Below the pieces are notes generated by a model. That model was not told where the DNA came from and did not search any database. It worked only from the letters and a program-made list of their open reading frames with translations. DNA of 64,000 nucleotides. It comes from Perna viridis. Taxonomy: Eukaryota. Of this stretch, positions 40,345 through 52,757 are shown piece after piece (positions within the stretch are counted from its first letter, which is position 1; every line of letters starts with the position of its first letter). The translations under genes and the position numbers were made by a program. The stretch covers positions 6,944,001-7,008,000 of the forward strand of contig CM074518.1 of assembly GCA_037379345.1 (NCBI GenBank), read 5' to 3'.

Positions 40345-40720
40345 AAAAAAAACCCTCTATGTACATTTTAGTATGTACTTAAAAGACAGTATTAATATTT
40401 GAAAATACTTACTAAACTGTATTGCAACTTGAAGGAGGAAAAAATACCTCCATGTACATTGCAAGTTTGAGCTTAAGGCAAAAATTTAAATACTTGCTAA
40501 GTAAATATATGTCATCGATTATAACTTGAAACTTAAAGAAAAAAAACAAGAGCTACGTACATGTACATTGGAGGTTGTATTTAAAAGGCAAAATATTTAG
40601 ATACTTACTAAGTAAGAGTATATCATCTTTCATAATTTGAAGTTTGAAGGAAAAGAGAAAAAATCCCTCCACGTACATTGCATTGCAAGTTTGTACTTAA
40701 AGGCAAAATATTCAAATATT
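40345..40720. repeat. ~110-bp diverged tandem repeat (~4 copies) between CR1 ORF1 and ORF2
   Basis: CC.CCATGTACATTG.AAGTTTG..CTTAAAGGCAAAA.ATT..AATACTTACTAA recurs at ~40353, 40447, 40556, 40665. Confidence 0.7.
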
Positions 40721-41016
40721 TATATTTTATCACATAGTGTTATTCAATTAGTTCATAATGTAAGATAAAATTGTAAGAAGATAAGTAAATATTTTTGATT
40801 GACATTAACTAACAACAGTTCCGCAAAATCAGTTCCGTAGTTCATTGTCCATATGAGTTCCTGTTAACTGTCCATGTTGTATATTATTAGGATGTAGGGA
40901 ATCGTCCACGTTTGCTGAGGCAATGGTACGGCATCATGCCCACCCCTCCACTACACGAAGGTAGATGTTGACATTGGGGTTTGTTTTGGGTCATAATTTG
41001 TCCTTGGTAATTATAG

Positions 41017-42004
41017 TTATTGTTCATTGGAGAGCGGATAACCAGGCGGCATCATCATCATGGACGAATTTGTCTGTGTAAACATAGCTCCTGCGTTTGT
41101 CATCGTGTTTCCCAGAGAGTTAACACTCGCCGAAGTTTTGCCTTCTACACCAGAATCTGTGATAATTGAATGCAGCTCAAATAACGTTATAACGTGTTTC
41201 CTTTCTGAATTGTCGGTGACAAATATTTTACCATCACGCACAGATGTCTTGCTGATTTGTCCAGCCCTTACAACATTTCGTACTAAATATGCTAGTTTAG
41301 CCCGGGGTTTGGTTAGATCTTGACTGATTCCCACGCCTTTTAGATCTTCAACATCTTTTATATTTTGAGATGCTCCGAGGAGTTCAGACCTTTTTTTGAC
41401 GTGTGTGAAGCGGACCATGATCTGCTTTGGACCCTTTTCAGTTGGAAGACGATGGGAAACGCTTATGTCATTCGGGTCAAGGTTGACATTGAGCTACTTG
41501 GCGATTTCGCACACAATTTTTGAAGTATCTTCGTCTTGCTTTTGTGGTATTCCACTGAGCCGGATACAGCTTTTTCGACTGTGCTGTTCCAAATCGTCAA
41601 GTTTATTTATAATTTTTGGAATATCGCTAACAGATTTTTTTAACATTACGTTTCCAGTTTTGAGTTTGTCTATCTCTGCATATAGAGGGGCAGTCGCTGT
41701 TTGGACTTGCTGTACAATGTCGGCTTTAAGTTCTTTTCGTAACTCGTCGAGCATCATCGTTTTAACCGCTTTTTGCCAAACGTTCGACATCGTCGTCAGT
41801 AAAGAGAGACTGTTGTTGTTGTGACATATTAATAGTGTCAGTTGTTGGACGACCTGAACCGTTATTATTGTATATACCGTTATCAAGGTCCCGGTCATAT
41901 AATAGTTTTTTTCTCAAGGGTCTAGTTCTATCCCCATTTACATTCGGGGATTGCTCCGATGAATGGCGGCGTTTCTTTTTGTCTGTATTAACATATATTG
42001 ACAC
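41017..42004 (-). pseudogene. CR1 ORF1 (coiled coil + RRM/CTD-like), frameshifted
   Basis: LEQHSRKSCIRLSGIP, MVRF, ISQDLTK.RAKL, RDGKIFV motifs typical of LINE ORF1p. Confidence 0.85.
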
Positions 42005-44221
42005 AATACATTGTCACTTCAGGCTGGTATTTAATGTTTTTATGAGAAATTTGTCAAGGTGTGCTCTATTACCTGGGTTATACACAAACGTAAACAATGA
42101 TACAATAGACTGATAGTCAAGTATCTGCGGATTACGGAACAACTCGATGCATAATCTATACGTCCATCGGATAAAGTTATTACCAGAAATACTCCTTGTC
42201 CATTTTGACCACAATTGACCAAACTACATGGCACTTTTCTTCAGTTAACACATGTTTTGTTCACAAAGGTTTCAAATAAGCAGCCATTACCCTCAAGGGC
42301 GCGCTCGATAGTTTTTTTTTAGAACTATATAGTTTGTTACACCTGACAGGCAAAATTTTGACGTTTTTACTGGTCTTTGACAAGTTTAATTGATTATAAA
42401 ATATTAGGAAGTCCATTTGTGATAAATATTCTGAACTAAAAATTTGTCCTGCTTCCAACAGTATACAGCTTCACATGTTCATAATTAATTTTAATTGTTT
42501 ATATATATGCAAAAGGAAAAATTATGCTATTTTTCAATAGACAAAATTTTTATCATGGCCAATTCTTAAATAATTATTAAATAACTTTAAGTCGATCATT
42601 CAGTTTCTCTTCTTGGCAGAAGAAATAGAGTTGCCTCTCGTTTCACGATGGATTGGCTCTCCTCAATCTTGAAATGACCGACGTTCTTGGTGTGTGCTGC
42701 TGATGTGCATGCATTCGTGCGTGCGTGTAATAAGTAAATGAATAAATAAAAACGTTAAAGAGTGTCATAGACTGTAAATTCAATTCAATCATTATACGCT
42801 CTAATGTCAATAGTGTTCAACACGTGTTGTGGAGTTCCATTATTACCGGATTATACTCACTTGCTAAATGACGGGTACCGTTGTCGGAGCAGGACATGTT
42901 TACCATTCCGGAACATGTAATATCACTTCCGTTTTTTTGTTTGATTGTATGTGTTTTTTGTGGGAGTAGATATTTCTAGTGCTTTAGGTCTTTTGTGTGT
43001 AACGTCTTGTTTCCCTTATCTTCAGTTTTTATGTGTAATCTTTTTATTCGGTTCGCTACATTTTGTCAATCGGAAGTACTCGGCCAATTCCGCTACACTA
43101 AAAAATGTGTACCTAGAAAGTTGAGGGGTTCCGATTGTACTTTGTGTATGTAGATCGTCTCTGTTTCATGTGTTCACGTTCCCTGTGGATTCAATGGGAC
43201 ACGATTTTACTGTTTTTTTTATCGTTTTTTTTTCTCAGAAAAGTTCGGACGAATCAAGATGGATTTTTCTATGCCAAGTTTCTGGATATAGATAGAATAA
43301 TGTAGAAAGCTCACGAAATGTCGAAAATTAAACAAAACATACTTAGCCTACTAAATCATCAATAAACTTCATCTTCATGATGTTAAATACAATGTATATT
43401 AATAAATTAAGTGGGCGACTTTTGTTAATAATACAACCTTGAATTGAGACAATGATATATCAAACTAGATGCAAATATTGTTTTGTTTTTTAATAACAAC
43501 GTTTGTTAGATGTAAATCAAAAGGCTTTTGTTGTAACATGGTGGTTTATGTCATTTTAAGTACCAGTCCATATAAAATTCTGACTCTTCCTATGGCAAAG
43601 GTTGTTCTTGGTATAATAGGAAAACACACACACACACAAAAACAAGGAAAAACAAACAAACAAACAAACGGTTCCTTTTTTGGTCTATATATACTGTATT
43701 TTTAAGTATTTATATCTGTATTTTTGAGAAAACTATACTCAAGTTTTAATCTCCCACTTAACATCAACCAAGTCAAGCCAAATCAAAAACGATGATCAAG
43801 GGAACCAAGACTCTAGCGGAAATAAAAGGAATGCAAAGTGCTAATTTCATGTACAATCTATATAATATTAAATATTATCTCAAAAGTGTTTATGAACAAG
43901 ATATAAAACTGAATTCGGTGGGTTTTTGACATGCATAAATCACCTCCTGTCTGATATTTATAAAGACTGGTACTTAAGATCACATACAATATGTAGAGAA
44001 TTAATTATGTTTTACTAGGCTATGCATTGTTTGGTTTGTGTAGGCATTTCAAATATAGAATTGCAAAAGTATAGGTGTATGCATCTTTTTGAAATTGTAC
44101 TACAAAGCTCCACGCCCATGTAAATAGAAGAAAATGGGGTCTTATAATCTGGGACATTTGGTAATCAAGTTCTATAAATAGCACAGCACGAACTTTCGGA
44201 CAAGCATTGTAAACAAAATGG

Positions 44222-44323
44222 TATTCCAGCAGTGCCAGAGGTTGTCTGACAAACAGTTTTCTGACTCGGTGCCATCCTAAGGTATGGAGGAACGGAATTC
44301 CAACCGCTTACATTGTAGGAGTA
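44222..44323. mobile_element. 102-bp mini TIR element with 9-bp TSD
   Basis: TATTCCAGCAGTGCCAGAGGTTG ... CAACCGCTTACATTGTAGGAGTA flanked by ACAAAATGG (44213-44221, 44324-44332). Confidence 0.85.
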
Positions 44324-44339
44324 ACAAAATGGCAGCAAG

Positions 44340-47300
44340 ACTGCTTCTTTGCATCTTTCACTACTAACTCCAGAGGAGTTGCTATACTATTTAATAATAA
44401 TTTTGAATTCAAGATTACAAAGGGAAAAAATATGAAAATGGAAATTATTTCGCTTTAGATGTTATGGTTGATAAGATACGTTTTACATTAGTTACTATAT
44501 ATGGTCCTAATAATGACTGCCCTGCGTTTTATGACCAGATTATGTCTGTTATTGATGACTGAGAATGATTATTATGTACTATGTGGGGATTATAACCTGG
44601 TTTGTCTCCAGATCTAGATTATAGTAATTATCTACATATAAATAACCCCAATGCTAGAGATAAATTACTGCAAATAATAGAGGATAGATCTCTGGTAGAT
44701 CCATTCAGAGAGCTTTTTCCAAAATTAAAAAGATTTACTTGGCGGAAGAAAACCCCTCTAAAACAAGCAAGGCTTGATTATTTTCTGATATCAGAGGGTA
44801 TGTTATCATTTTTAAAAACTTGCTGTGTTGAACCAAGTTATCGTTCAGACCACTCTAAGATATTACTAGCATTGGAGATTTGTCCATTTGTTAGAGGGAA
44901 AGGGTTATGGAAGTTCAATAACATTACTTTATGATGAGGAATATATCAAAATTGTACATCAGAAGATACTTGATGTAAAGAAACAATATTGTCATCCAGT
45001 TTATAATTATGAGAGTATACAAGATATTGATAATGAGTCAATTGAATTTATTATAAATGATCAACTCTTTCTTGAAACTTTACTGATGGAAATACGTGGA
45101 AAATCCATCTCATATTCAAGTTTTAAAAAGAGAGAGAAAAACAAAAATGAGGAAAAATTTAAGGAAGAGGTAAGATATATAGAAGAAAATTTAGATAATG
45201 GTTCAATACAGCAATTAGAACAAAAAAAGCAAGAATTAGAGAAATCAGAAAGGAGAGATTGCAGGGTAAAATGGTTAGATCTAGAGTACAATGGATAGAG
45301 GAAGGGGGAAAGCCAACAAGTTATTTCTGTGGTCTAGAATATATGAACTTTACGAGTAAAATCATTCCTAAAGTTGAAAAAGATAATGGTGAGGTAGTTA
45401 CAGATCAAAAAGAGATTTTAAACCAGGTTAAGGAATTTTATGTAACACTTTATAAGAAAAAAGACAATGACAATGTTAATGTATATGATGAAATTAATCA
45501 AGGTTTAGATGGTGTAAATTTTACAAAGTTAACAAATGATCAAAAAGACAGTTTAGAAGGTATGATTACTGTTAATGAAGCTGGTCTGGCATTAAAACGT
45601 ATGAAAAATAAAAAAAACGCCAGGTTCTGATGGGTTTTCTACTGACTTCTTTTTTCCAAGTTTTTTTGGAAGGATTTAAAATATTTTGTTGTTAGATCAT
45701 TAAATGCAGGGTACCAAAAGGGAGAATTATCTGTCACACAAAAACAGGGCATTATTACCTGTCTACCTAAGGGAAATAAACCAAGACATTTTTTAAAGAA
45801 TTGGAGACCAATATCTTTATTGAACACAGTATACAAGATTTGTTCTGATGCTTTAGCTATGAGATTTTTACTGTTTTGAGTAATCTTATACATACTGATC
45901 AGACTGGATTTATCAGTGGAAGATATATTGGGGAGAATATTAGACTTATTTATGACATTATGCAACATAGTGAAGAAAATGATATACCTGGCCTTTTATT
46001 ATTAATCGATTTTGAAAAGGCTTTTGATTCCATTTCCTGGAGATTTTTGAAAAAAAGTTCTTTAACTTTGGGGATTCTATTATAAAATGGACAGAAGTTT
46101 TATACAATAACATAAACTCCGCTGTTATTCAGGGTGGGAATCTTTCAGTTTTTCTTAATTGAACGGGCCTTAGACAAGGGGACCCCTTGTCACCATACTT
46201 ATTTATCTTATGTGCTGAAATTTTGGGTGTGAAAATTAGAAAGAACAATGACATAAAGGGAATCAAAGTCATCCAGGTTGAACATAAATTGTCCCAATTT
46301 GCAGACGATACATCTTTACTTTTAGATGGTTCGGAAGATTCTTTGAACCAGGCATTACATGAACTTGATTGGTTTGGCCAGATTTCGGGACTTAACATCA
46401 ACTTTGCAAAAACTCAAGTTGTTTGGATTGGGAGCAAAAAGTATTCTAAGGAGGTTTTATGTAGAGAGAAAAATCTTTCTTGTGGAGTTACATCTTTCAA
46501 ATTATTAGGTGTTAATTTTGAGGTCGACCTGGATAAGATGATAAAACAAAAGTATGATGAAAGTATCAAAGATCAAAAGTATAATAAACCAGTGGTCAAA
46601 ACGAAATATCACAGTAATTGGTAGAATAACAGTTGTTAAAACACTTTTGTTACCAATTTTGAATCATTTTATAATGTCACTTCCAAACCCAAGGATGATA
46701 TGGTGAAAAATATAAACGACATTTTTTATACATTTGTGTGGAATTCACCTGTTCATAAAGTTAAGAAAGATGTATTACAAAAATGCTATGAAGAAGGAGG
46801 CCTTAAGATGATCAATGTAAATGCTTTTATTCAAGCCATGAAATGTACATGGATAAGGAGACTTTTTAGAAATGAAGGAAATTGGCAAAATATTTTCTTA
46901 TCACAGGTAGACAAAGAAAAATTGTTCACCTGTGGATCAGCATATATATCTCATTTAAGAGAAAATATTAAAAATGCTTTTTGGCGAGATGTTATGTTGT
47001 CATGGGAAATGGTAATGCAGAGAGAGAAAGATAAAAAATGGGAATATTTTTTAGCCAGACCTCTTTGGGTGAATAATTTGTTTAAAGTTGGACAATGACC
47101 AATTCTTTATAAGAATTGGCTTCAATTCTTTATAAGAATTGGCTTGATGGAGGTATTCGTTATGTTAATGATTTGGTTAGAGAAGATGATTCTTTTTTGA
47201 AACACGACGAATTACAAAATATTTTTGATGTAAATTTGAATATAATGAAATACAATAGTATCATGTCTCTGACATCAAAGATAAGTAAGCAGTTTACAAA

Positions 47301-48219
47301 GGAAAGCTACAAACTAGCATCTCCTTTCATTCCATCACATGTGAAAACTATATTAAAGAGTCAGAAGGGCTCCAGAGATATGTATTGTATTTTAAATAGA
47401 AATGATTGTACGTCTACAGGGAACACCAAGTGGAGCACAATTTTAAATGTAGATACTGAGAATTGGAAAGTTTTTAATTAACTTCCATTTGTCGTTACAC
47501 AAAACACAAAACTGCATTGGCTCCAGTACAGAATTAATCAGAGGATTTTGACAACCAACAAATTTATCAATATAGTTGACAATGCCTCCTCTCCATTTTG
47601 TTCTTTCTGTAATTCAGGAATAGAAACTATTGAACATTTGTTATGGGAATGTGAACACGTACAGGATTTTATTGAAGAAATTGATCAATGGCTCCTTCAT
47701 AACGGTATAAGCATAGCATTCACTAAAATCGTATTTTTGTTTGGCAATATTAAACAATGTTGTAAAGGTGATCCACAAAATATTATTCTTTGGATGAAAC
47801 ATTATATTTACAGTATGAAGTGTTATAATAAACCATTACATGTGCAAGGAATGTTAGAAAAAATGAAGTATATGCATAATATTGAAAAAATGATAGCTGC
47901 GGAAAACAAACGTGTGAAGAATTTTGAAAAAATTTGGAACTCATATAGATTTTTGAATGCAACCTAATGATCCCAATGTTGTAAATATTCAGCCAGACTT
48001 TTTTTTTCAGATCAAATTATTCCTTTTTTCACCTCTAATTTACTGTATTTTTAATAAACCCAATAGGATAAAGCATATATCTCATTATTAAGCCGGTTGT
48101 TAGAATGTACAGAATGATGCGGTTTAAGTAAACAACATGTGATGTTCTTCATGTAGTTTAAACTGTCTGTTATGTATATATGAATCTTATTGAATAAAAA
48201 AATAAAAAGTTAAAAAAAG
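44340..48219 (+). mobile_element. 5'-truncated Tx1/L1-clade LINE, ORF2 pseudogene (EN-RT-CCHC)
   Basis: SRGVAILF, IYGPN, RLDYFLIS, SDH; IDFEKAFDSISW, RQGDPLSPYLF, QFADDT; CSFC..ETIEHLLWEC; AATAAA + A-rich tail; TSD AATGGCAGCAAG at 44328-44339 and 48220-48231. Confidence 0.95.
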
Positions 48220-49855
48220 AATGGCAGCAAGTAGTTCGTTCCATCAAGTTACACTGACTGAAAATGATGTCCCCGAAGCGAAGTTGATGTATCGAACTCC
48301 ATGAAATTTTACCATAAATTTTATGCTATTTCAACAAGAATCCACACCATGGTTAACAAGGTTCATGCTATGTATATTTGAATAGAGCAACTGTTTATTG
48401 GGTCATACGGGATGGTTTATTTGAGGTTCGGCTAACATTTTTCACTCAAGTTCCTCAATTCGTTTCACTATTTTGACTGCATGTATTCAAGTTTGCACAT
48501 GTGTCTGCTGTAGTTGCTACACGTGCCCTATAATTTTCAGGTTAATTTTGATGGTGATATGAGCTTTAGAAGTGCTGACATTTTCATATCTGTTCACTTT
48601 TCCGTTTTTTATATTGTTTCTGGTTTTAATTTAATAGTTACCACAAGACTGTTACGCTAGTAGTTTTGAAGTAAGTGATGAACGGTGGTCTCTTTGTGCG
48701 ATATAGACATTTACTAAACTTACTATATGAAAATTGAAAATGTACTGTAATGGGGCACTTCCTATACACCAGTATATACAGACGTGCAGCAGGAATGGGT
48801 CTGCATGTTTTTTCTAGAGTTGAAATATATGACTGGGTCATGAATTGTTCGTTTCCTTTATCTCCAAGCTATACTATATCAATGTGCCATATTTCTATAA
48901 TATTAATGTATAATTTATTGCTAGGACAAACTTTCCATTTAACACCAATCAATCTTCAATTAGTGTCTGCTGGAACTATTAGCCATGGGCAAACACTTAG
49001 TAGATAAGGTGACGAATAGATAAATTAAAGATTTGATCTAAAGATTTAGCAGTTATGTGCCCTTTCTGCAATCTCCTGCAGACCTTTGTTTTTATTCATG
49101 TTATCTTAATTCAAAATGATGTCAGGTACAAAAATGGTAGAAAATATGAATGTGTACGTATTTCGTGCTGAAAAATATATTTATGAATGGGACTCATTTT
49201 CTTGCAGACAAACATATGAATGGGGGTGCGTTTCAAGCTCCAGCTGCAAGTAATAACCAAAGCACATGAACCTAAGTGACCCGCGGTGGTATATGATCGC
49301 TGTTGGTGGGGGGGGGGGGGTCACGAAGTTGGACCCATTTCGTTTGAAAATTGTGTTAATTTGGTGCAAAATTGGGCCCATATGGACTCACATTGCAGGA
49401 AGTAAAAACTACTTTGCAAATAAAACTTTTTAAAGTGTACAAAACTATCAAGACCATAAAACGATGATCTATCATTATTTAGAATTACACAGTCCGTTTA
49501 AATCCAAAAATCGAGATCCGGAAATTTACTCCAAAAAAAAAAAAAAACCAAAATAATAATAAAACTGAATTAAACACCAAAATTTACAAAAGTTAATGGC
49601 CACCTATATATATAATTTCCGCTTTCCGACCGTGTCGATATAGCCTTGAGTATGTACATGCAGGGATGATACCTCATCTTACAAAATACACTGCTAGTTC
49701 TTCGTCAATTAAAGTTAATGCTATAATCATTTTGCTCAATGGAAAAATGCAGTGTGTGTGTGTGGTGGGGGGGGGGGGGTGAGGGAGTAGTTTTTTTTTA
49801 GATAAGGCTCTGTAGGTAGCATACTCACAAAGGTAGGGATATGCCTAGTCATTCT

Positions 49856-49928
49856 CACAATATCGGGGCTCCTGTGTCATGTCCTTGGGACCTGTAACAC
49901 AAGTGGACACAGGAGTCCTGATATTGTG
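49856..49928 (+). other. 23-bp-stem hairpin
   Basis: CACAATATCGGGGCTCCTGTGTC / GACACAGGAGTCCTGATATTGTG; both mismatches are G-U pairs on +. Confidence 0.8.
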
Positions 49929-50166
49929 TGGATACATGTAACTAGGAATAGAAGTATAATGGTATTTATGTAGAACAGCTTCCTTACGCCAAATTCATCT
50001 GCATGTATTAATAAACAAATGTTTAAAGTTCGAAGCAATTACCAATTAAATGTGCATGTATACTGCAGTTGTTTTCATTTTGTTAACATGTACATGAAAT
50101 AGATTTAAAAGAACAATACAAACACACAATACACATTTGCAAGATAAGTACAGATGAGATCAGTTC

Positions 50167-50402
50167 TAACCTCTCACAAAACTGTCAAAAAAAACCAGTC
50201 CGACGGATTTAGGACAGTTCTTAGACAGTTCTAGAGCCAGCTCTTCTGACAGCTCTAGCAGAGCCGGCTATACAAGAAGAACTTTTCTCGTAGAGCCGAT
50301 TCTGCTCGCAGAACTGTCAGAAAAGTTGGCTTTAGTAATGTTCTACGACACTTTTAGAACTGTCTTTGAGTCGGCCCTTCTGACAGTTCCCCTGAGAGGT
50401 TA
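50167..50402. mobile_element. Foldback MITE
   Basis: TAACCTCTCA / TGAGAGGTTA ends; long internal arms TTCTGACAGCTCTAGCAGAGCCGGCT / AGCCGATTCTGCTCGCAGAACTGTCAGAA. Confidence 0.75.
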
Positions 50403-50459
50403 AATTAAATACTGATCCCATTTGTATCCTACTGTTAAAGGAGAGGTCATTATACTTCA

Positions 50460-50633
50460 AAAATATATATTAAGTCGATCAGCATTCACTTCATCAGCCA
50501 AGAATCCTGGCAACTTCCTCCCTAACTGATGAAAAGCTAACATAAGAAATTCTACTGTAGAAAACTGGAATTTTGGTTCTTCATTACTACTAAGGTTATC
50601 ATTTTCCTCTGCTGGTGGTAAGGGCATGTAACT
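50460..50633 (-). pseudogene. API5: Apoptosis inhibitor 5 exon remnant
   Basis: SYMPLPPAEENDNLSSNEEPKFQFSTVEFLMLAFHQLGRKLPGFL matches API5 EYMPLPP..EEPKLQFSYVECLLYSFHQLGRKLPDFL (recalled); acceptor CTTACAG; 3' end decays into TGA. Confidence 0.88.
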
Positions 50634-50817
50634 CTGTAAGTACTGAAAGGTAAAGAACAAGTAAATAACACAAAATTGTAAAATATTTAGGATTCGCAGA
50701 TAAAAATTCAATGTATAATCATTTAATGAAGACATCATATGATAAATACTGAATATTCCTCCCTTTCATTTAGCTTTTTGTATTCAACAACTACGAAGTA
50801 GTTCATATATTTGGGAG

Positions 50818-50903
50818 GAAACTTGAGATAATGGATACTACAGACTGTGAAGTCAGCCTCATATCTTCATCTACACTTAGAAATCGATGGTAAAGGAAAA
50901 CTA
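50818..50903 (+). mobile_element. Penelope-like RT fragment
   Basis: LEIMDTTD(fs)KSASYLHLHLEIDGKGKL resembles the PLE RT motif ELEIKDTT..SASYLDL.L.I. Confidence 0.65.
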
Positions 50904-51270
50904 GAAAAATTGTTAGCATTAGTACTTTGTCTTATGACAATCCAAGAATTTCACCTGTAACATCATAATGCAAATGCCACCGTCAGTCACTCTTAATCAA
51001 TACATCTAGCTCTGAATTGCTCATAAACTTAACCCCCTGTGAATTTTTCATTCCATTCCAATCAGTTATGTAGGAGGATAAGAGTTGGGAACATATCTGC
51101 ATAGCAAAAGGAAGGAGGGAAGTACAGATTCAGACTAAAAATGAAAATCTGTTCATACAAACTATTTGACACAATATTCCTTGCAAACTTCCCGATTTTT
51201 AATCAGGGGTACATTTACTGATAAGTTTCTTTGTACTGATATCCTAACTTGTCAATAAAATCATACTTAC

Positions 51271-51390
51271 TACCAAAGGTTTCCAAGAGGGAATTATGGC
51301 AGTTTTGTAGGATGGTGGACTGTGGAACAGGTCTTTTATCAATGAGTTTATGTTGGATGTTATCTTTAAAGCAACAACTTTAATTTTATT
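51271..51390 (-). pseudogene. API5: Apoptosis inhibitor 5 exon (intact 120-nt exon, absent from the ORF track)
   Basis: TTTTTCAG|NKIKVVALKITSNINSLIKDLFHSPPSYKTAIIPSWKPLV|GTAAGT matches API5 NKIKVVALKITNNINVLIKDLFHIPPSYKSTVTLSWKP (recalled). Confidence 0.9.
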
Positions 51391-51629
51391 CTGAAAAAAA
51401 AAAAATAGAAAAATCATTCATTATCTTAGCTAATGTACTTATGTGCTGAAAATGCTTGCTTCTGACATGTCCATTACTTCAATGGTATTCATAATCAGAC
51501 TTTCCAAGTATGAAACCTTCACAAAACATTTCATGATATATGTAACATGCAGACCCACATACATGTTTATGTAAACTATTATGAGAAAGCTCACAAATGG
51601 TACCCATCTTGAGTAAGACAAAACTTGAA

Positions 51630-51770
51630 ATCCCTGTTTCAACAAAATTCCATAGCATTATCTATCCCTGTAAAGTTTCAATCAAATTCCATAGCTTATT
51701 CTTTCCCTGTAAAGTTTCAACAAAATTCCATAGCATAATCTATCCCTGTAAAGTTTCAACAAATTCCATA
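51630..51770. repeat. 39-bp minisatellite, ~3.4 copies
   Basis: GTTTCAACAAAATTCCATAGCATTATCTATCCCTGTAAA. Confidence 0.9.
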
Positions 51771-52757
51771 TAATGGCTTTTGGGGGAGTATAGGCTGTAA
51801 AGTGGGAAACATGAAAGTTTGATTATCTCCCTTTGCAAGCTTTCAATGTAAGTTTTCTTGCTTTATGCACATCTACTTGCACCAGCTATATGTGTGTCAC
51901 TGATATATTCCACGTCTAAAAACATCAAAATCTGTAAAAGCCTGAAAGTGAAAGCATAATATGCAATATTTCATTTAGTGGTTTCAGAGGAGTGCTGGCT
52001 AGAACATTATGATCACTATACCTTTATACTGCCAATCAGTAATTACATTTTTTCATGCACATATACATATGATGCCCAACCTTCCTATAAAGTTTCAACA
52101 AATTCCTTTGAGGAGTTTAGGAGGATATGTGGTGGTAAGGCTTCAATATGTGAAACCCTTAAGTTGGATTATCTCCTTTTTGAGCCACTTGACGCACATC
52201 TACATGTACATATGTGATGCTTTAACGTTAAATTCCTAAAAAATTTAAACAAAGACTTGGTCATCCCTTGTTTGAATGACAATCACTTGATTAGTAATTA
52301 GTATATATAACTTGACATTACACAGAAAGTTCTACCAAGTTAACTATACATACCAAATAAAGACATTTCATCAGGAAGTTAATCATATCACCTGTTGTAA
52401 GTCAGATTATCTCCCAGGTTCCACATTACATTTAGCTTAATGTCCAATACACACAAATATATCACTTCCATACCAATTAAATCATATATGAGATCCATCA
52501 AATCTATCTTAAGCCATTATATGGAATCTGATACTACTATACATGTACGAGGTCAACTTATCTTGTGTATAGATGCTTGCAAAGAAAGATTTAGTATAAA
52601 GATGTCTATTGTGTTTGCATTTAATGCCAAGATGATATTATTTCTAGAACTGGCTAACAATAAGTACTTCATGTACATGTGGTTGTGCAGGTTTCATATT
52701 TCATGAAATACTTTCTGCATATTTCATATCATGTGAGCCCTATCCTAAAAAGGAATG

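Larger units (their letters stand above)
36316..42308 (-). mobile_element. Near full-length CR1-type non-LTR retrotransposon (decayed)
   Basis: ORF1 and APE-RT ORF2 fragments; 3' AATAAAATACTGTTTACTCT + A-tail at ~36316-36347; candidate TSD TAGTTT (36310/42309). Confidence 0.92.

Noticed and set aside
38121-42113. Plus-strand ORFs up to 187 aa overlapping the CR1
   Set aside because: Antisense shadows of LINE coding sequence
35699-42590. TTAAAG..CTTTAA as ends of a DNA element hosting the CR1
   Set aside because: The inverted match does not extend beyond ~7 bp
47099-47145. 23-bp direct duplication in Tx1 ORF2 as programmed recoding
   Set aside because: Simple local duplication among many other disabling mutations
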